Numbered from the stretch's first letter, positions 11,561-27,068 are shown. The stretch: 64,000 nt of DNA from Paraspadella gotoi (GCA_051294375.1 CM119267.1:7916683-7980682); one strand, 5' to 3'. Notes: generated by a model from the sequence alone, not told the origin. Program-made: numbers and translations.

Positions 11561-14100
11561 CTCGCGATATACTACGATTGTTAGATTTTAGTATCGAGAG
11601 CAGAGAGAGTAACGAAGGCAACAAGCGCTGCTGAGAAGGGCTTAAGAAGCAGAGCGAAGAGAGGAGAGAGAAATCGTTAGTTTCAGACTTGGGGAAACGC
11701 ACCGAACGCTCAATGTAAAGGATGGCTCTCTGGTTTTGCCGTACGTACATACCTCCCATGCTTGAATTAGGTTTCAACACGTTTGTTCACATACTCGCAC
11801 GATATTTCATCTCAAGTGGTTTTAACTGTTCAGTTACCTGGAGTCCGTAATTAGAGCAAGCAAGAGAAATTACAGTACCAAAGTAGTATGAATAGTAGAG
11901 ATGAGAGAGAGATTGTGAATGGATTGATCGAATGTGAGAGTAGGCAGAGAGACGATAGAAGATATGTGCGACCCGCCCGGCCCACGGTTAATGGAGGCAA
12001 ATGACGTATATAGATAATCATATAAGAATTATTTAGTTAAAGTTTTCCACTAACAAAGAGTAGTGTTTTTGTCGATTATGAAAGAGTCCTTTTTACTATA
12101 TACAGGATATTGTATGATTTTATTTTTTGTATATGAATAGAAAGGAGAAATGGCTATAAATCCCTTCGATCATTAATTAAATATAAATCATTTAAACAAC
12201 GTTGTATCTCACGACATAAATGAAAATTAAAGAAAAAGAATATATAAGTTACATGAAACGTTTAAGATATGAAGATGCCACATTTTTCTTTTTTTTCTTT
12301 TTACTTTCTACTAAACCTTTACATTTTATATTAATAGAACAGCATCCCTTATTCATTTCACAGATCAGGAAAACAATTTTCATGGCGATATTTCATGGAA
12401 TATCTTTCTAATTCATCTTTATCCCATATTATTAATAAATAGAAAGACGTGACCGTCTCCCGCGATACTTACGAACTTCTTATCTTACATTAAGAGATTA
12501 TACTATGGATACATCTGCTTTTTCTCTTTTTCTCTAGGTTAAATAAAATCCTTCTGAGAATTTGATTCCTCGTTCCAAGGGAACTCCTCATTTCCATAAC
12601 TTTTTATAGAATCTTAGTTCTGTGCTCGACACAATACGATGGGGTCATCGAATGTTTCCGCATTATTGCTTGAGATATTATTTTGAATACTGCTTCGCTG
12701 ATAGTGCACGGTCCCTCGTCGTGTGCGCAAGCATGCAAGTGTAAGACTAATACGCAATCTGACTGGCTGTCGCAATTCTCTCTCTCATTCATCCCTCCCC
12801 TGCTCGCCCAGCTCGCTCATCCTGCTAACAAACCGCCCCTCGACTTATTTACTAAAAAAAGAATTCTTGGTCGGGCTGACATTTTGAATGAAAGTCATGA
12901 AAAGTCATGGAAAGTCATTCCGTGGAGTATTGCTTGGCTGAGGCTAGTACCCAGCAATGTTTGAATTTAGTATATATAGTTATGTCTTTTTATTGCACTT
13001 TCTAACAGTTTAAAAAAATATGAAATCTTACGCTTTTTACATTGAATCATCGGTTTTGTCTCTCTAAGCTTCTCTTTTCGTTATAAAATATTTGATATTC
13101 TTCCGACATGAAGTAAATTCTCGCCCTGTCTTCTGAATCGCGTGCTTCCCCGGAAGCGTTCTTCCTTCATTTGGATCTGAAGGCGGACCGATTGCTCTAG
13201 CTCTCGCACTCGGTGAATCTAAAAACATCTAAGAACTGAGCACCGCCTCGTACACTATGAGCAATAGAGTCTAGCTCAATTTTTGCTCGAATAACTAGTG
13301 AGCTATCACCAACTACATTTTCTACAGTGGATACGCGTTATTATTTTTGGGTCCTTAATACTTGCAAAAAAGGGAGGAGCATGAGCTCCGATTCACTAGT
13401 CGCGCTAGCTAGTTATCAGTTGAAAGTGACGTGTACAGTTACCAAAAGTAGAAGCGATTAACCATGCACGTAATAAAAACATATATGACATTGAACAAAG
13501 AACAAAAATACAAGTAAAACCATCTGGTAGCAAGATCAAAATGGGCGACAAAATTAACTGTTTAGAATTTGAATCAAATTATAAGCATACATTTTGATTC
13601 AAGGTCAGTTGGAATCCTAATCGCTACTTTAAAAAGTATATATATGAGATTAGTTTGGATATGCCAAAATCCTTATTATCCGTCTACTAACTCATTTCAT
13701 TGAAGCTTAGTCTCTTACATCATTATTAGAAATATAAGACGTATCTCGTTACGATAAATTGTCTCTCCGTTATTCTCCGTCCGCGTGGCGTCGTCAATGA
13801 TTTTGGATATTGAATAGGTCCTTTGTAGTATACTGTAGTCGAGTCGATCGGTCAAGTTCTTCGTACGTTTCCATTCAATCAGTTCGATCATCAAGCATCT
13901 TCATAAGCACTCGAATCTAATGAACACTCATGCATGGGGCCCTCAATATAAATTCTGCCATCGGCAATCTTTACATATTGTCTCGCACAATTGGCGCGAT
14001 TTTAAAAGGGAAATGAGAAGCAGAGAGAGAGAGAGGCAGAGCAGAAGAGGTACGATATGAGAGAGAGTGATAGAGAGCAGAGAGAGAGAGCAGAGAGAGA
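11560..14100 (+). other. Very noisy (raw long-read-like) copy of ~16885-18550
   Basis: Shared anchors in the same order (acatgaaacgttt, cgacttatttactaaaa, gaaagtcatgaaa, tttagaatttgaatcaaatt, cgtggcgtcgtcaatga) separated by many single-base insertions. Confidence 0.8.
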
Positions 14101-15706
14101 GACGAGAGGACGAGAAGCAGTCGAACGAGGCCAGAGCCAGAGAGACATAGCGATAGCCGTCTTACGAGTACAAACATTCACCAACCTAAAAGCGAGCATC
14201 CAAAAAACACAAAACGGTGTCCAAGTTTAATCGATATTTGTCCACCAAGCGCCCTTGGTTGGGTGAGCAAACATGAGGAAATCGTGGGTTTACAACAAAC
14301 AAACACTTACTGTGGCTAAGTGTCTCGGTTAATCTCTTAGAATTTAAACATATAAACGAGAAAAAAGAGATAATACTTGGTGTACTCTTCCACACTTCTC
14401 TCATCTTAATCCTCCACTCTAACAAATTTATTACTGCGTACAAACGAAAATCACTGATCTCGATGCATCCCCAGGCGCTCTTTTCTACTCTCCCAGTCAC
14501 TAAATCACTCTCTCTCTCTCCGCCACCTCTTTTAACTCTACTCCTTCACGTACGTCGTCACTGTCTCATTCTCACTCCTTTACTCTTCCCAGCTGATTAC
14601 TCATCGGTGCACTTGCCGCCACTCTTGTTAACTTCTCTCCCATCTCTCTCTCTCGATAGTGTATTACTTCTCTCTCATCTGCACTGTGTTATAAAGAACG
14701 AGCAGAGCCGATCTTAACGCTCCATCATACGCCCACGATTCCGGCGAGTTTTTTTCTCTCAGCAATTTTTTATTCAGGAATCGACATTCAGCAAACCAAA
14801 ATCCCCTACTGTCCGCGGAGTCACGCGCAATGCGCCCAAAATAGAATAATATCCGCTCAAACTAAAAAAAAGTAACAACTTAGAGAAATCAATCACCGTT
14901 TAACTTTCAACAAGAGCTTTTCTTTTCTGGGATGTTGCATTTCTTGGCGTGTCGCTTCAAGCCGGTATCTTAACTAGCAATCAGTTTTCGAAAATCATAT
15001 TACTCCGACTCCGAGTATGCGATATATTTTAGGTAGTATCTATGGCGCCGCTGAGTACGTGCGGAGACGAACTCTGCTGGTACAGATCCACGATATTTTC
15101 GGGGCCCTCTCGCTGGTCTGTCCGGCTCGCGTCCGCCTAGCGAGTCCCGGTCTGCGTCGGCTCTGGAGCGCCTATGTACTGTCCTCGTCCTCTGCCTGTC
15201 ACCACTCAGCGTATGCTTATAATTTAGCCTATAATTGTTCTGCACGCCCATCACGTGCGAACATCTCAAAACTACTAAGCGTGTGAAAATAAGAACTCGC
15301 CAGGAATTTTGAATGCAATATTTTCTCAGTTATTGCACTTAAAATTTAGAGCGGTTTAAAACAAACCAATTGATACATCATTTCGAAAATCACTTTCCCC
15401 CCCTCCTACCTAACCGAGCGCGAGATATTTAGCAGTGTCTTATATTCGATATCAGACACGTCTCTTGCCGATAACCCCTTCCTCCTCTTCCTCCATCTTC
15501 ACTCCTCTTCCTCGCTTTGTGCTACCTCGCCTGCTTTCTCCTCCTAATCCTCTGGATAACCCACTCGCTCCATCCTCTCCTCATCTCTTTATCTTCATCT
15601 CGATCGGCGCCCCGAACAAACACCTTCCTCTATCTTCTTCATCCCTCAACTGCGAAGCAACAAACACATCGCGTCTGTTGACCCATAATCCTTTTCTCGC
15701 GGAGAT

Positions 15707-15744
<38 letters not shown>

Positions 15745-16100
15745 CTCTCTCTCTTCTCTCTCCTCTCTCTCTCCTTCCGTTCGCGACATGTCCTCCTTTG
15801 ACGAGGCCACGTCCGGGGAACCTGTATCCAGCTTGGTCCACCAGGGGCATTACCGTTAACCCATCCCGGCATCTTCCCCTTCCCTCTCTCTCTCTCTCTC
15901 TCATACGCTACTGCGTTCTCTCTCTCTCCTCACTCCGCACTTTCCTGGACCCCCTATTTTCACTCGTCAACTCTCATCTCTCATCTCTTTCATCTTCTTA
16001 CCCGTCGAGAGTTTCTCTCTTTCTTTACCCCTTCCAGGCTTTTGTTGAGAATCTATTATCGTCCCCCAACTGGATTAATGGAAAGATGGGAATGGAGACT
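14100..16100 (-). other. Very noisy reverse-complement copy of ~6300-7790 (includes the minisatellite and HINE copies)
   Basis: Anchors such as aaatcaatcaccgtt (rc of ~7272-7286), atgcaatattttctcagtta (rc of ~6957-6976) and gatacatcatttcg (rc of ~6909-6923) occur in reversed order. Confidence 0.8.
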
Positions 16101-16367
16101 ATTATTTTGGTGTTGAAAAACTTTTCAGTGTGATTCTGAAAAAGATTGATTCTAGACGCACTCTTTCCCAACCCGCTGGCCGCGAACAACTGTCTAATTT
16201 TTTATCTGCCCACCTTCCATGTCATTATCGTCTACAACTAAACAAATACAAACTCTCTTCTCAATATAAAAAATTTTCTTTGCACATAGCAAGTAATATT
16301 AAAATTGAATTTTCTTTCCTACTGCTCGTTAGTTTATACATCCTATATAAATTCATTCAAAATTTCT

Positions 16368-16402
16368 ATTAAAGTTAAATTGAGAAATTTTACTACGCCT
16401 TA
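16368..16402 (+). mobile_element. Right-end fragment of the foldback MITE
   Basis: attaaagttaaattgagaaattttACTACGCCTTA followed by TSD CTACTGAA at 16403-16410. Confidence 0.8.
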
Positions 16403-17032
16403 CTACTGAAGTAATAAATAATTAGGAAAGTATTTATTCTTTAGAATTTTTTAGCCTTTCCTTTTAAATAAATGTATAAATATCTACTGAAAATGCTATT
16501 TTCCCTTCATTCGCCACTTTCCACTTTTCTTTTCTTTTCTTTTCTTTTCTTTTCTTTTCTTTTCTTTTCTTTTCTTTTCTTTTTTTTCCTTTCTTTTCTT
16601 TTCTTTTCTTTTCTATTTCCTTTTCCTTTATAATTCTATTCCTTTCTCTTTCATTTTCCTTCCTTTTCATTCCAACTCCCCTTTCCTTTCCTTTTCTTCT
16701 CCTTTCCTTTCACTTTCCTCCTTTTTTCCCAGTTTTCCTCATTTTGTTTTTTCTTTCCTCCCTTCGATAACAAAGTTGATTCGATTTGCGGACGGCAGAG
16801 GGAGGAAAGAGGGGGTCCCGCTCGACGACATCGGGGAAAAGGGGCGGTCCCTTCCCGTCCCAGTGGCTGATAAATCTGAGTCGCGTATTGTTTTATCGGG
16901 GAGAACGCCGGCGACTTGGGGGCCGGCGTCATGTAGGTGGCGCGACGACTCCTCCTTGCTTGATAGTTCACTTTTGATCGACGAAATTCTCAGTGTCTTA
17001 ACTGTCTTCTGGTCGAATTAGACAGAAGGGAC

Positions 17033-17141
<109 letters not shown>

Positions 17142-18487
17142 TATGATAGGAAACAAAGGAAAGAAAGGTTTTTTAGAAAGGAGAAAAGCTAAACTTCGAT
17201 ATTAATTTAAATTAAAACGTGACAATAAAAAAGAATTAAAGAAAAAAATTAGAGTTACATGAAACGTTTTAGATGAAGGCCACATTTTTCTTTTTTTTCA
17301 TTTTACTTTCTAAACTTACTTTGACGATTCATTAGATAGGAAAACAATTTTCATCGTTCATCTTTCTAATCCGATTATTAATAAAACGTGACGTCCCGCG
17401 ATATTACGATTTATCACAAAAGAGATTAATTGATACATCTCTTTTTCTCTTTTTCTCGTTTAAAAAACCTCGATGATTTGATTCCTCGTCCAACGGAATT
17501 CATTTCCATAACTTTTTATAGATCCGCGGTCGACAACACCTGCGGTCTCGTCTCCATAGCGACCGACGCTTCGTTTGTCACGCTCGGTTGCCAAGCAGCA
17601 GCTCGACTAAACAACGGACGCTCTCTCTCTCTCTATCTCCCTCCCCTCTCGCCCCGCTCGCCCCCGCCCCTCGACTTATTTACTAAAACAAAGAATTCTT
17701 GGTCGGGTGACATTTTGAATGAAAGTCATGAAAGTCATGAAAGTCATTCAGTGGAGTATTGCTTGCTGAGGCTAGTACCAATTATGCTATAAAAGTTTAA
17801 AAATCATGAAATCTTACGTTTTTACAGAATCATCGTTCCCAAGCTCCGTTAAAAGTATTTGACATTCTTCCGCACTAAGTTTTCCTTTCGAAGCCGGAAG
17901 CGTTTTCCTTCAGTTTGGATCTGAAGGCGGACTCGAGTGCTCTAGCTTCCGGTGGTTAAACCGACCCGTCACTATGCAGAGCCAATTTTTGCCTCTGGCT
18001 ATAACCACTAACCAGTGACCTTTTTGGACGCAGAAAGGGACTGAGCCCGTTCCACTAGTGTAAGTGAAGTCCGTGTCAGTTACCAAAAGTAAACGATTAA
18101 CCATCACGTATAAAACATATCAGAAGAATATAAACCCTGTCGTAATAGTGAAAATTATGTTTAGAATTTGAATCAAATTCTAAACATAATTTTGATTCAA
18201 GTCAGTTGGAATCTAATCGAAAAAGTATAATAGATAGTTTGGTTGCCTCCTTTCCGTCTCTACTTTCATGAGCTTGTCCTCTACCAGAAAGACGTTCGTT
18301 CAAAAATTGCTCCGTTATTCTCACGTCCGCGTGGCGTCGTCAATGATGGATGATGCCGTCGTCGTCGTCGTCGTCGTCGACGTCCTCATCGTCGTCATCA
18401 GCATCTTCATCATCATCATCATCATCATGGGCCAATTAAATCGCCATCGCTCTTCATTTTCCTCCAATTGCATTTTAAAAAAGGGGA

Positions 18488-18551
<64 letters not shown>

Positions 18552-18955
18552 CGAAAGGCTTCAAGTTTTTTTTTATCTGGGCCCGTTATAAAATTTTAAT
18601 CTCCTTGTCAAGGGATCTCCCTGACAGTTTACACGAATGAAACGCTTGTATTCTTTTTTCCTTCCTAATTTTCTGTTCGATTCGGAGGCTGATTTCAGGC
18701 CAGAATTTCGGGCCAAAATTCTTCATTCCAACTGACATTTTACAGGACATGGTGAGGGTTTAAAAAGAAAACGAAAAAAAAAAAACCCGAAAAGGGAATA
18801 GAATTAATGATGTAACCTATTAGTAGCGAAAAAAAGTTAAAGAAAAAATTGTTCACACGATTTAAATGGATCTCTCTGAGGCATTTATTTTTTTCCTAAT
18901 TCAAACATTTCCTGGTGCCAAACGTAAATATGTAAATATAAATATATAATATAAT

Positions 18956-19243
18956 TATAACGATCCAACTCCATTTATTTCCCGTCTTCCAGCAGCCATT
19001 TCTGATAAACCCTCATAATCTCTTTCAACTTTTCTCCCTTTCGCTTTACCTTTTCACTTTCCTTCCATCTCAATGAATTCGGTTACGTTTCATTCCTTTT
19101 CTCTTTTCCTCCTCCTCCTCTACCTCCTCCTCCTCCTCCTCCTCCTCCACATCTGATGCCGGTTCCATGCCTTCGGGATTCCTTCCAGTTTCCCCTCAGG
19201 TTTTAAATGAGATGTCAATCTACTCGTCTCGGCTGCGATGATA

Positions 19244-19286
<43 letters not shown>

Positions 19287-21160
19287 ATGCCAACGAGGAC
19301 GAAGACCTGAAGACCATTCATGATAATATCGAGGGCGATCGAAATTGAACTTACAGCAACATTTTCACGAAGGGGGAGAGAGAAAAATCAATGTTGGAAA
19401 TTAAAATTCTAATTTCTTCTAAAAATTATTCAATTACATCATAAAATATTTTCAGAAAATTTTTAAAATGAAAAAAAATTATTTTCGATTGAGAAGTAAT
19501 ATTTTAAGCTGGCCCAGTGCCCTAATAAATATACAAATTTAATAACAAAATTCATGAGGTAGAAAATATTTAAATGAAAGATGGACTCTAGTCCACCAAT
19601 TATAAATGAAATAATCGAGATATAGCATCGCAGGAGTATCAAGCCACCAAAAGCAAATCGGATCGGAAACTCGGGCGATCTCCGCGGAAATGGAATCGCC
19701 GTATCCTGATTGGTCAAGCATGGGACCGGAATCGAACAATCACCTTGCAGAATCATCGGAACTGTAAATTTTACCCACGTCGCCGATTCTCTTTCTTAGC
19801 TATAAATAGACCTAGCTTGTTTTAGTATCAGTAGCATTGAACAAGACTCCTGCGTGTGTCTCACCGTCACCTTTATTCTCAGAATAAAATCTCATCCTGA
19901 TTTCACCCCTAAAAATCCATGAGTTTTTCCTTAAATGTGGTGGCAGCGGTGGTATTCGAACCCACGCCTCCGAAGAGACTGGTGAAATCCAGAAATCTAA
20001 AAATCCATGAGTTTTCTTTAAATGATAGTGTCTTGCACCTGATAACAAATTATAAAAAAGATGAATCTATAAAAGTGAGGTGTAAAAATTCCATAAACTA
20101 ATAAGTTTTGTGATCAATTTGGTAATCGGTCTGCATCGGAATTTTCTATTCATTTCTTTCTTTTTGCAAATACTAAAATCGACTGAGATAATAATTTAGC
20201 TAAAAATTAGTGATAAAAAAACCACAACAATGCGTTGCCTCTGAGTCGAGAAGACGTTGGGGCTGGCCTTATGACTAAAATCGTGAGCATAAAACCAGAT
20301 TCGGTTCGTTGACTTTTTGCCTCCAGGGCGAAAAGTAGACGCGGCGAGGTTTGACGCGCGTGGCGGCGCGGCGGCGTGGCCCAATAAGACAGGACGAGGG
20401 CTGAATAGCGCGGGAGAAGAGTGGTCACGAGATCCGAACTAAAATTGGCGACTAAGGAGCACAAAGGTTCTCATAAAAGTCTTCACTTGTTATATTATTA
20501 TTATTATTATATCTACTTGAAAATTGTGCCATTTGTTTAGTTATATATACGAATTCGAATATCTAATATAAGAATAAGAATAAGAATAATATATAATATA
20601 AGAAAATTTTATCATCTTGAAAACTCATTCATTACAAAGGACAAAGTGAACAACAAACATTGTTTCAGGTACGAAATAAGATTAAATTTTCATAAGAGAT
20701 ATTACAGTGAGGAAATACAACAAAATTTTAAGATTGTGAAGTAGTAAAATATTTTTTTCCGAAAATCGGAAAAAAGTCACGAAAAGGACAAAGAAAATTG
20801 ATGAATCTACCAGAAAGTATTTTTGTTTTGTTTGTCGAAAGTGAAAAGGTTACCTCATTTCTTCGTCTCTGTCCTAAATCGTCTTCGTTGACGAGTCACT
20901 GAGGCAACGAACAAAAGTGAAAAAAAAAATTCACAATGACATCGATCAAAATGCCACGCCTACTTTTCTTTATGAGCTTCATTTTAAGACTGAAAAACGA
21001 CGAACATTTTACTTCCATTTCACTTCGACAAAAAAAATGGTAAACATTGCCAAAGATGGCCGAAGTGGACGCTTCGTTGACGGCCGATTTCAAGAGGGCG
21101 ACGGGGAGCGACGCCCTCCCGTGGCGAGACTTAGCGCTTCGCAGGGAGACGAGAGGACGA
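18956..21160. repeat. Segmental duplicate of 24800-26985
   Basis: Colinear near-identity. The second copy starts right after a 25-N gap. Confidence 0.9.
19938..19984 (-). pseudogene. tRNA-Leu 3'-half retro-fragment with encoded CCA
   Basis: The minus strand reads CACCAGTCTCTTCGGAGGCGTGGGTTCGAATACCACCGCTGCCA-CCA. This is the long variable arm, T-arm and acceptor strand of metazoan tRNA-Leu (AAG/TAG type, recognised from memory) plus CCA. No 5' half is present. Confidence 0.8.
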
Positions 21161-23331
21161 TAGAGAGAGAGAGAGAGCATGGCTATAAGCTCAGAGAGCC
21201 TCGAAACAGCAGCAGGTCCTTCGCGAGAGACAGTGCCGCAGGCGGTGGGCACGCAAGGTGGACGCGATCGATTGCGGGCGTTACGTCACGCTGAGCCTTC
21301 AGGACTGATTTTGACGGGCTTCAGGCATTCTTTAACTTCGCGCTTCCTCTTCCTTCTCCTTATCTCCCGGATCCGTCGCGTTCTGCAAAGTGTCGATGGG
21401 CGCGAGGGTACTGATTGGCTTTGGAGGCGTTCTAGCCGGGCGGAAGGCGGACTTAGCGTCTCTTACTCTCTCTCTGGTACCGATGGCCTTCGTGTCAGCC
21501 CGTTTGATTGATCTGCATTTGTGAGGTTGTCTCTGCCGAGGCTCTTCTCTCTGGGCTCCGGAGGCGGATACGATCTAAATAGGTTCTGATCTTAGCTGAG
21601 ATATCACGAGTGAGTCGATCTTGTCAAGAGAATATAGGCCTTATTTGAGTATTTTACATGTTTGTAGGGTGCATTTCACGTGTCAAACAAAAAGATAAAG
21701 AAAAAGAAGACGAAGAACGTATGGAGAGAGGAAGAAAAGATATGGGTAAAAAATTAAAATTTAGTCATCATTTTTTTAATATTAAGATTTGAGCTTAAAA
21801 TAATAATATTCATAATAAAAAAGATATTATCATTCTTAACATATATTGATTAAATATGCTGAAAATCTCTATATTGAAAGATATGATAAAAATAAAAATG
21901 ATGTCGATAATTATGATGTTATGCATATATATTATTTGCCATTTTTGTTACAGGTCGGCGAGGACGTATAAGAGTAAACGAGAACGAAAAATTATAGTTA
22001 AATCAAAGTAGAAACTAAAATTCGAGCACTGCAGCTGTGAATATTTTTTTAAAATAATGTTTTTTTTTTTTTATTTTATCAGTTCTCGCATCATCTAGCC
22101 ATAATTTAAACATTCGTAAGTAATTGTCAAACAAATTTTAAATAATATTTTTTTCTGACTTTTAAAAGAGTATCTTCAACATTTCTCCGGCATTACATTA
22201 ATTTTATTATTTAATTCAAATTGACTAAATTCTAAAATTTTCCAAAAAAAGTTCTAGCGATTTTTTTATAGGTTTGTCTTCCTTGTCTTCCAGAAAGTCT
22301 CCCTTTAGTGCCATACACTGTTTTGAATAAGGTCGTTCGCTTTAGGCTTATACCTAAAGGAGTGTTAGCAAAGTTGAAAACAAAAGGCCCCGCTGGCAAC
22401 ATTTGTCTGGAATCAATAGCTATCTACTTACTACTAACTTAGCTAACTACTACTTTAATTAATTAATCAAAAGCCATGGTTCTAGCTACCTAGTTAATAA
22501 TACAAGTATCACTATCTTTTTCTCTTGTTTGTATTTCCTGTAATTAAGGTGGAGATATCTCTGAGTAACCTACGCATAGAGACTTAATATGTGGCTCATT
22601 TTTACTTCCAACATTGTGGCAATATCTGACATCAATTTTTTACTCAATTCTAAATGTCATTTAGTATTATCTCTCTCGGCCCCATGAGGCTTTGAATTTG
22701 AGCATCAAAACTTATGATTTCTTTACCTTTTAATAATTTCACAAATTCAACAATCAATTAACTTAGGTTAATTTAAAAAAAAAAAAAACATGTATGGCAA
22801 AATTTAGCCTATTGTCAGCTCTACAAAGTGTAAAGAAATCATATTTTTTAATTCCTAGTTACTTTATTAACCTTGTCTTAAATTAATAAAAAGATTCTTT
22901 TTTAACAAATGTCAAAAAATTTTTGTTTTGAAAAACATTTGTTTCTAATTTTAGAAATATATTGTTGTATTGGATTCAGCTTAGGGATTTTTAATTTGTT
23001 TTTGCTTGTTTTGTTTTCACTGGTGATTATTTCAAGAAGCCTTAATTTTTTCGCTCAAAATTCATATATTATTTTTTCGCGCCTATAGAGAAAAAAAATT
23101 CGTTAAAATACTTGATACTGCTAATCCTAAAAGAGAAATGGTCGTTATTAAAAGTTAGTATGGTTTTTCTTCAAAAATTTAGTTATTTAAAAAAAAATTA
23201 TTCAAGTTTAAATATAATAAATTTGATGAATAAATTAAAGAGAGAGGAGAATGACAATAATACCAGGGTGGTAAAGAAAATCAACAGAGTGGAGAAGGAG
23301 AGAGAGACGGCAAAGAGCAACGAAGAGAGTA

Positions 23332-23366
<35 letters not shown>

Positions 23367-23548
23367 TAATCCGCCACACCGATCCGCTCGGACTTACGAC
23401 CGGAAGAGCCCGGAGAGAGAGAAAATCTCCCGCGATCCGAGCGGAAGAAGCCCGGAAGGAGAAATGTGAGTCGATCGGGCAGTCCGCGCGCGCGACAGCT
23501 TGGACGCGGATCTACGAGCTGCGTTCGGTCAGAGCTGCCAGTTGATAC

Positions 23549-24620
<1,072 letters not shown>

Positions 24621-25770
24621 AAATATGAAATATGAAATATGAAATAGACTAAACCGGGGCGCAATTTACTGTGGCCCATGAGGTCATTTCGTTACGAAAA
24701 CTAAGTTAATGGTAAAAAATTCATTTTTAAAACCATTTAAAATTAATTTTTAAAACGTGAAATCCAAAATTTTANNNNNNNNNNNNNNNNNNNNNNNNNT
24801 ATAACGATCCAACTCCATTTATTTCCCGTCTTCCAGCAGCCATTTCTGATAAACCTCATAATCTCTTTCAACTTTTCTCCCTTTCGCTTTACCTTTTCAC
24901 TTTCCTTCCATCTCAATGAATTCGTTACGTTTCATTCCTTTTCTTTTCCTCCTCCTCTCTACCTCCTCCTCCTCCTCCTCCTCCTCCACATCTGATGCCG
25001 GTTCCATGCCTTCGGGATTCCTTCCAGTTTCCCCTCAGGTTTTAAATGAGATGTCAATCTACTCGTCTCGGCTGCGATGATAACGACGACGACACGACGA
25101 CGACGACGACGACGACGACGAATGCCAACGAGGACGAAGACCTGAAGACCATCATGATAATATCGAGGGCGATCGAAATGAACTTACAGCAACATTTCTC
25201 ACGAAGGGGGAGAGAGAAAAAATCAATGTTGGAAATTAAAATTCTAATTTCTTCTAAAAATTATTCAATTACATCATAAAATATTTTCAGAAAATTTTTA
25301 AAATGAAAAAAATTATTTTCGATTGAGAAGTAATATTTTAAGCTGGCCCAGTGCCCTAATAAATATACAAATTTAATAAACAAAATTCATGAGGTAGAAA
25401 ATATTTAAATGAAAGATGGACTCTAGTGCCACCAATTATAAATGAAATAATCGAGATATAGATCGCAGGAGTATCAAGCCACCAAAAGCAATCGGATCGG
25501 AGACTCGGGCGATCTCCGCGGAAATGGAATCGCCGTATCCTGATTGGTCAAGCATGGGACCGGAATCGAACAATCACCTTGCAGAATCATCGGAACTGTA
25601 AATTTTACCCACGTCGCCGATTCTCTTTCTTAGCTATAAATAGACTAGCTTGTTTTAGTATCAGTAGCATTGAACAAGACTCCTGCGTGTGTCTCACCGT
25701 CACCTTTATTCTCAGAATAAAATCTCATCCTGATTTCACCCCTAAAAATCCATGAGTTTTTCCTTAAATG

Positions 25771-25817
25771 TGGTGGCAGCGGTGGTATTCGAACCCACGC
25801 CTCCGAAGAGACTGGTG
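25771..25817 (-). pseudogene. tRNA-Leu 3'-half retro-fragment with CCA (duplicate copy)
   Basis: Identical to 19938-19984 within the duplicated segment. Confidence 0.8.
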
Positions 25818-26984
25818 AAATCCAGAAATCTAAAAATCCATGAGTTTTCTTTAAATGATAGTGTCTTGCACCTGATAACAAATTATAAAAAAGATGAATC
25901 TATAAAAGTGAGGTGTAAAAATTCCATAAACTAATAAGTTTTGTGATCAATTTGGTAATCGGTCTGCAATCGGAATTTTCTATTCATTTCTTTCTTTTTG
26001 CAAATACTAAAATCGACTGAGATAATAATTTAGCTAAAAATTAGTGATAAAAAAACCACAACAATGCGTTGCCTCTGAGTCGAGAAGACGTTGGGGCTGG
26101 CCTTATGACTAAAATCGTGAGCATAAAACCAGATTCGGTTCGTTGATTTTTGCCTCCAGGGCGAAAAGTAGACGCGGCGAGGTTTGACGCGGCGTGGCGG
26201 CGCGGCGGCGTGGCCCAATAAGACAGGACGAGGGCTGAATAGCGCGGGAGAAGAGTGGTCACGAGATCCGAACTAAAATTGGCGACTAAGGAGCACAAAG
26301 GTTCTCATAAAAGTCTTCACTTGTTATATTATTATTATTATTATATCTACTTGAAAATTGTGCCATTTGTTTAGTTATATATACGAATTCGAATATCTAA
26401 TATAAGAATAAGAATAAGAATAATATATAATATAAGAAAATTTTATCATCTTGAAAACTCATTCATTACAAAGGACAAAGTGAACAACAAACATTGTTTC
26501 AGGTACGAAATAAGATTAAATTTCATAAGAGATATTACAGTGAGGAAATACAACAAAATTTTAAGATTGTGAAGTAGTAAAATATTTTTTTCCGAAAATC
26601 GGAAAAAAGTCACGAAAAGGACAAAGAAAATTGATGAATCTACCAGAAAGTATTTTTGTTTTGTTTGTCGAAAGTGAAAAGGTTATCATTTCTTCGTCTC
26701 TGTCCTAAATCGTCTTCGTTGACGAGTCACTGAGGCAACGAACAAAAAGTGAAAAAAAAAATTCACAATGACATCGATCAAATGCCACGCCTACTTTTCT
26801 TTATGAGCTTCATTTTAAGACTGAAAAACGACGAACATTTTACTTCCATTTCACTTCGACAAAAAAAAATGGTAAACATTGCAAAGATGGCCGAAGTGGA
26901 CGCTTCGTTGACGGCCGATTTCAAGAGGGCGACGGGAGCGACGCCCTCCCGTGGCGAGCTTAAGCGCCGCAGGAGACGAGAGAG

Positions 26985-27068
<84 letters not shown>

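Noticed and set aside
11560-16365. Ancient diverged paralogue or novel sequence
   Set aside because: The differences from the clean copies are dominated by scattered single-base insertions, which is the pattern of raw long-read error rather than evolutionary divergence.
19095-19150. PacBio SMRTbell adapter remnant (ctcttttcctcctcctcc)
   Set aside because: It lacks the GTTGTTGTTGTTGAGAGAGAT half and is present in both duplicate copies as an ordinary (CCT)n tract.
19938-19984. Functional tRNA-Leu gene or LTR-retrotransposon primer-binding site
   Set aside because: The 5' half, A-box and anticodon are missing. The 47 nt of complementarity far exceeds a PBS (up to ~18 nt), and no LTR ending in CA or gag/pol sequence is adjacent.
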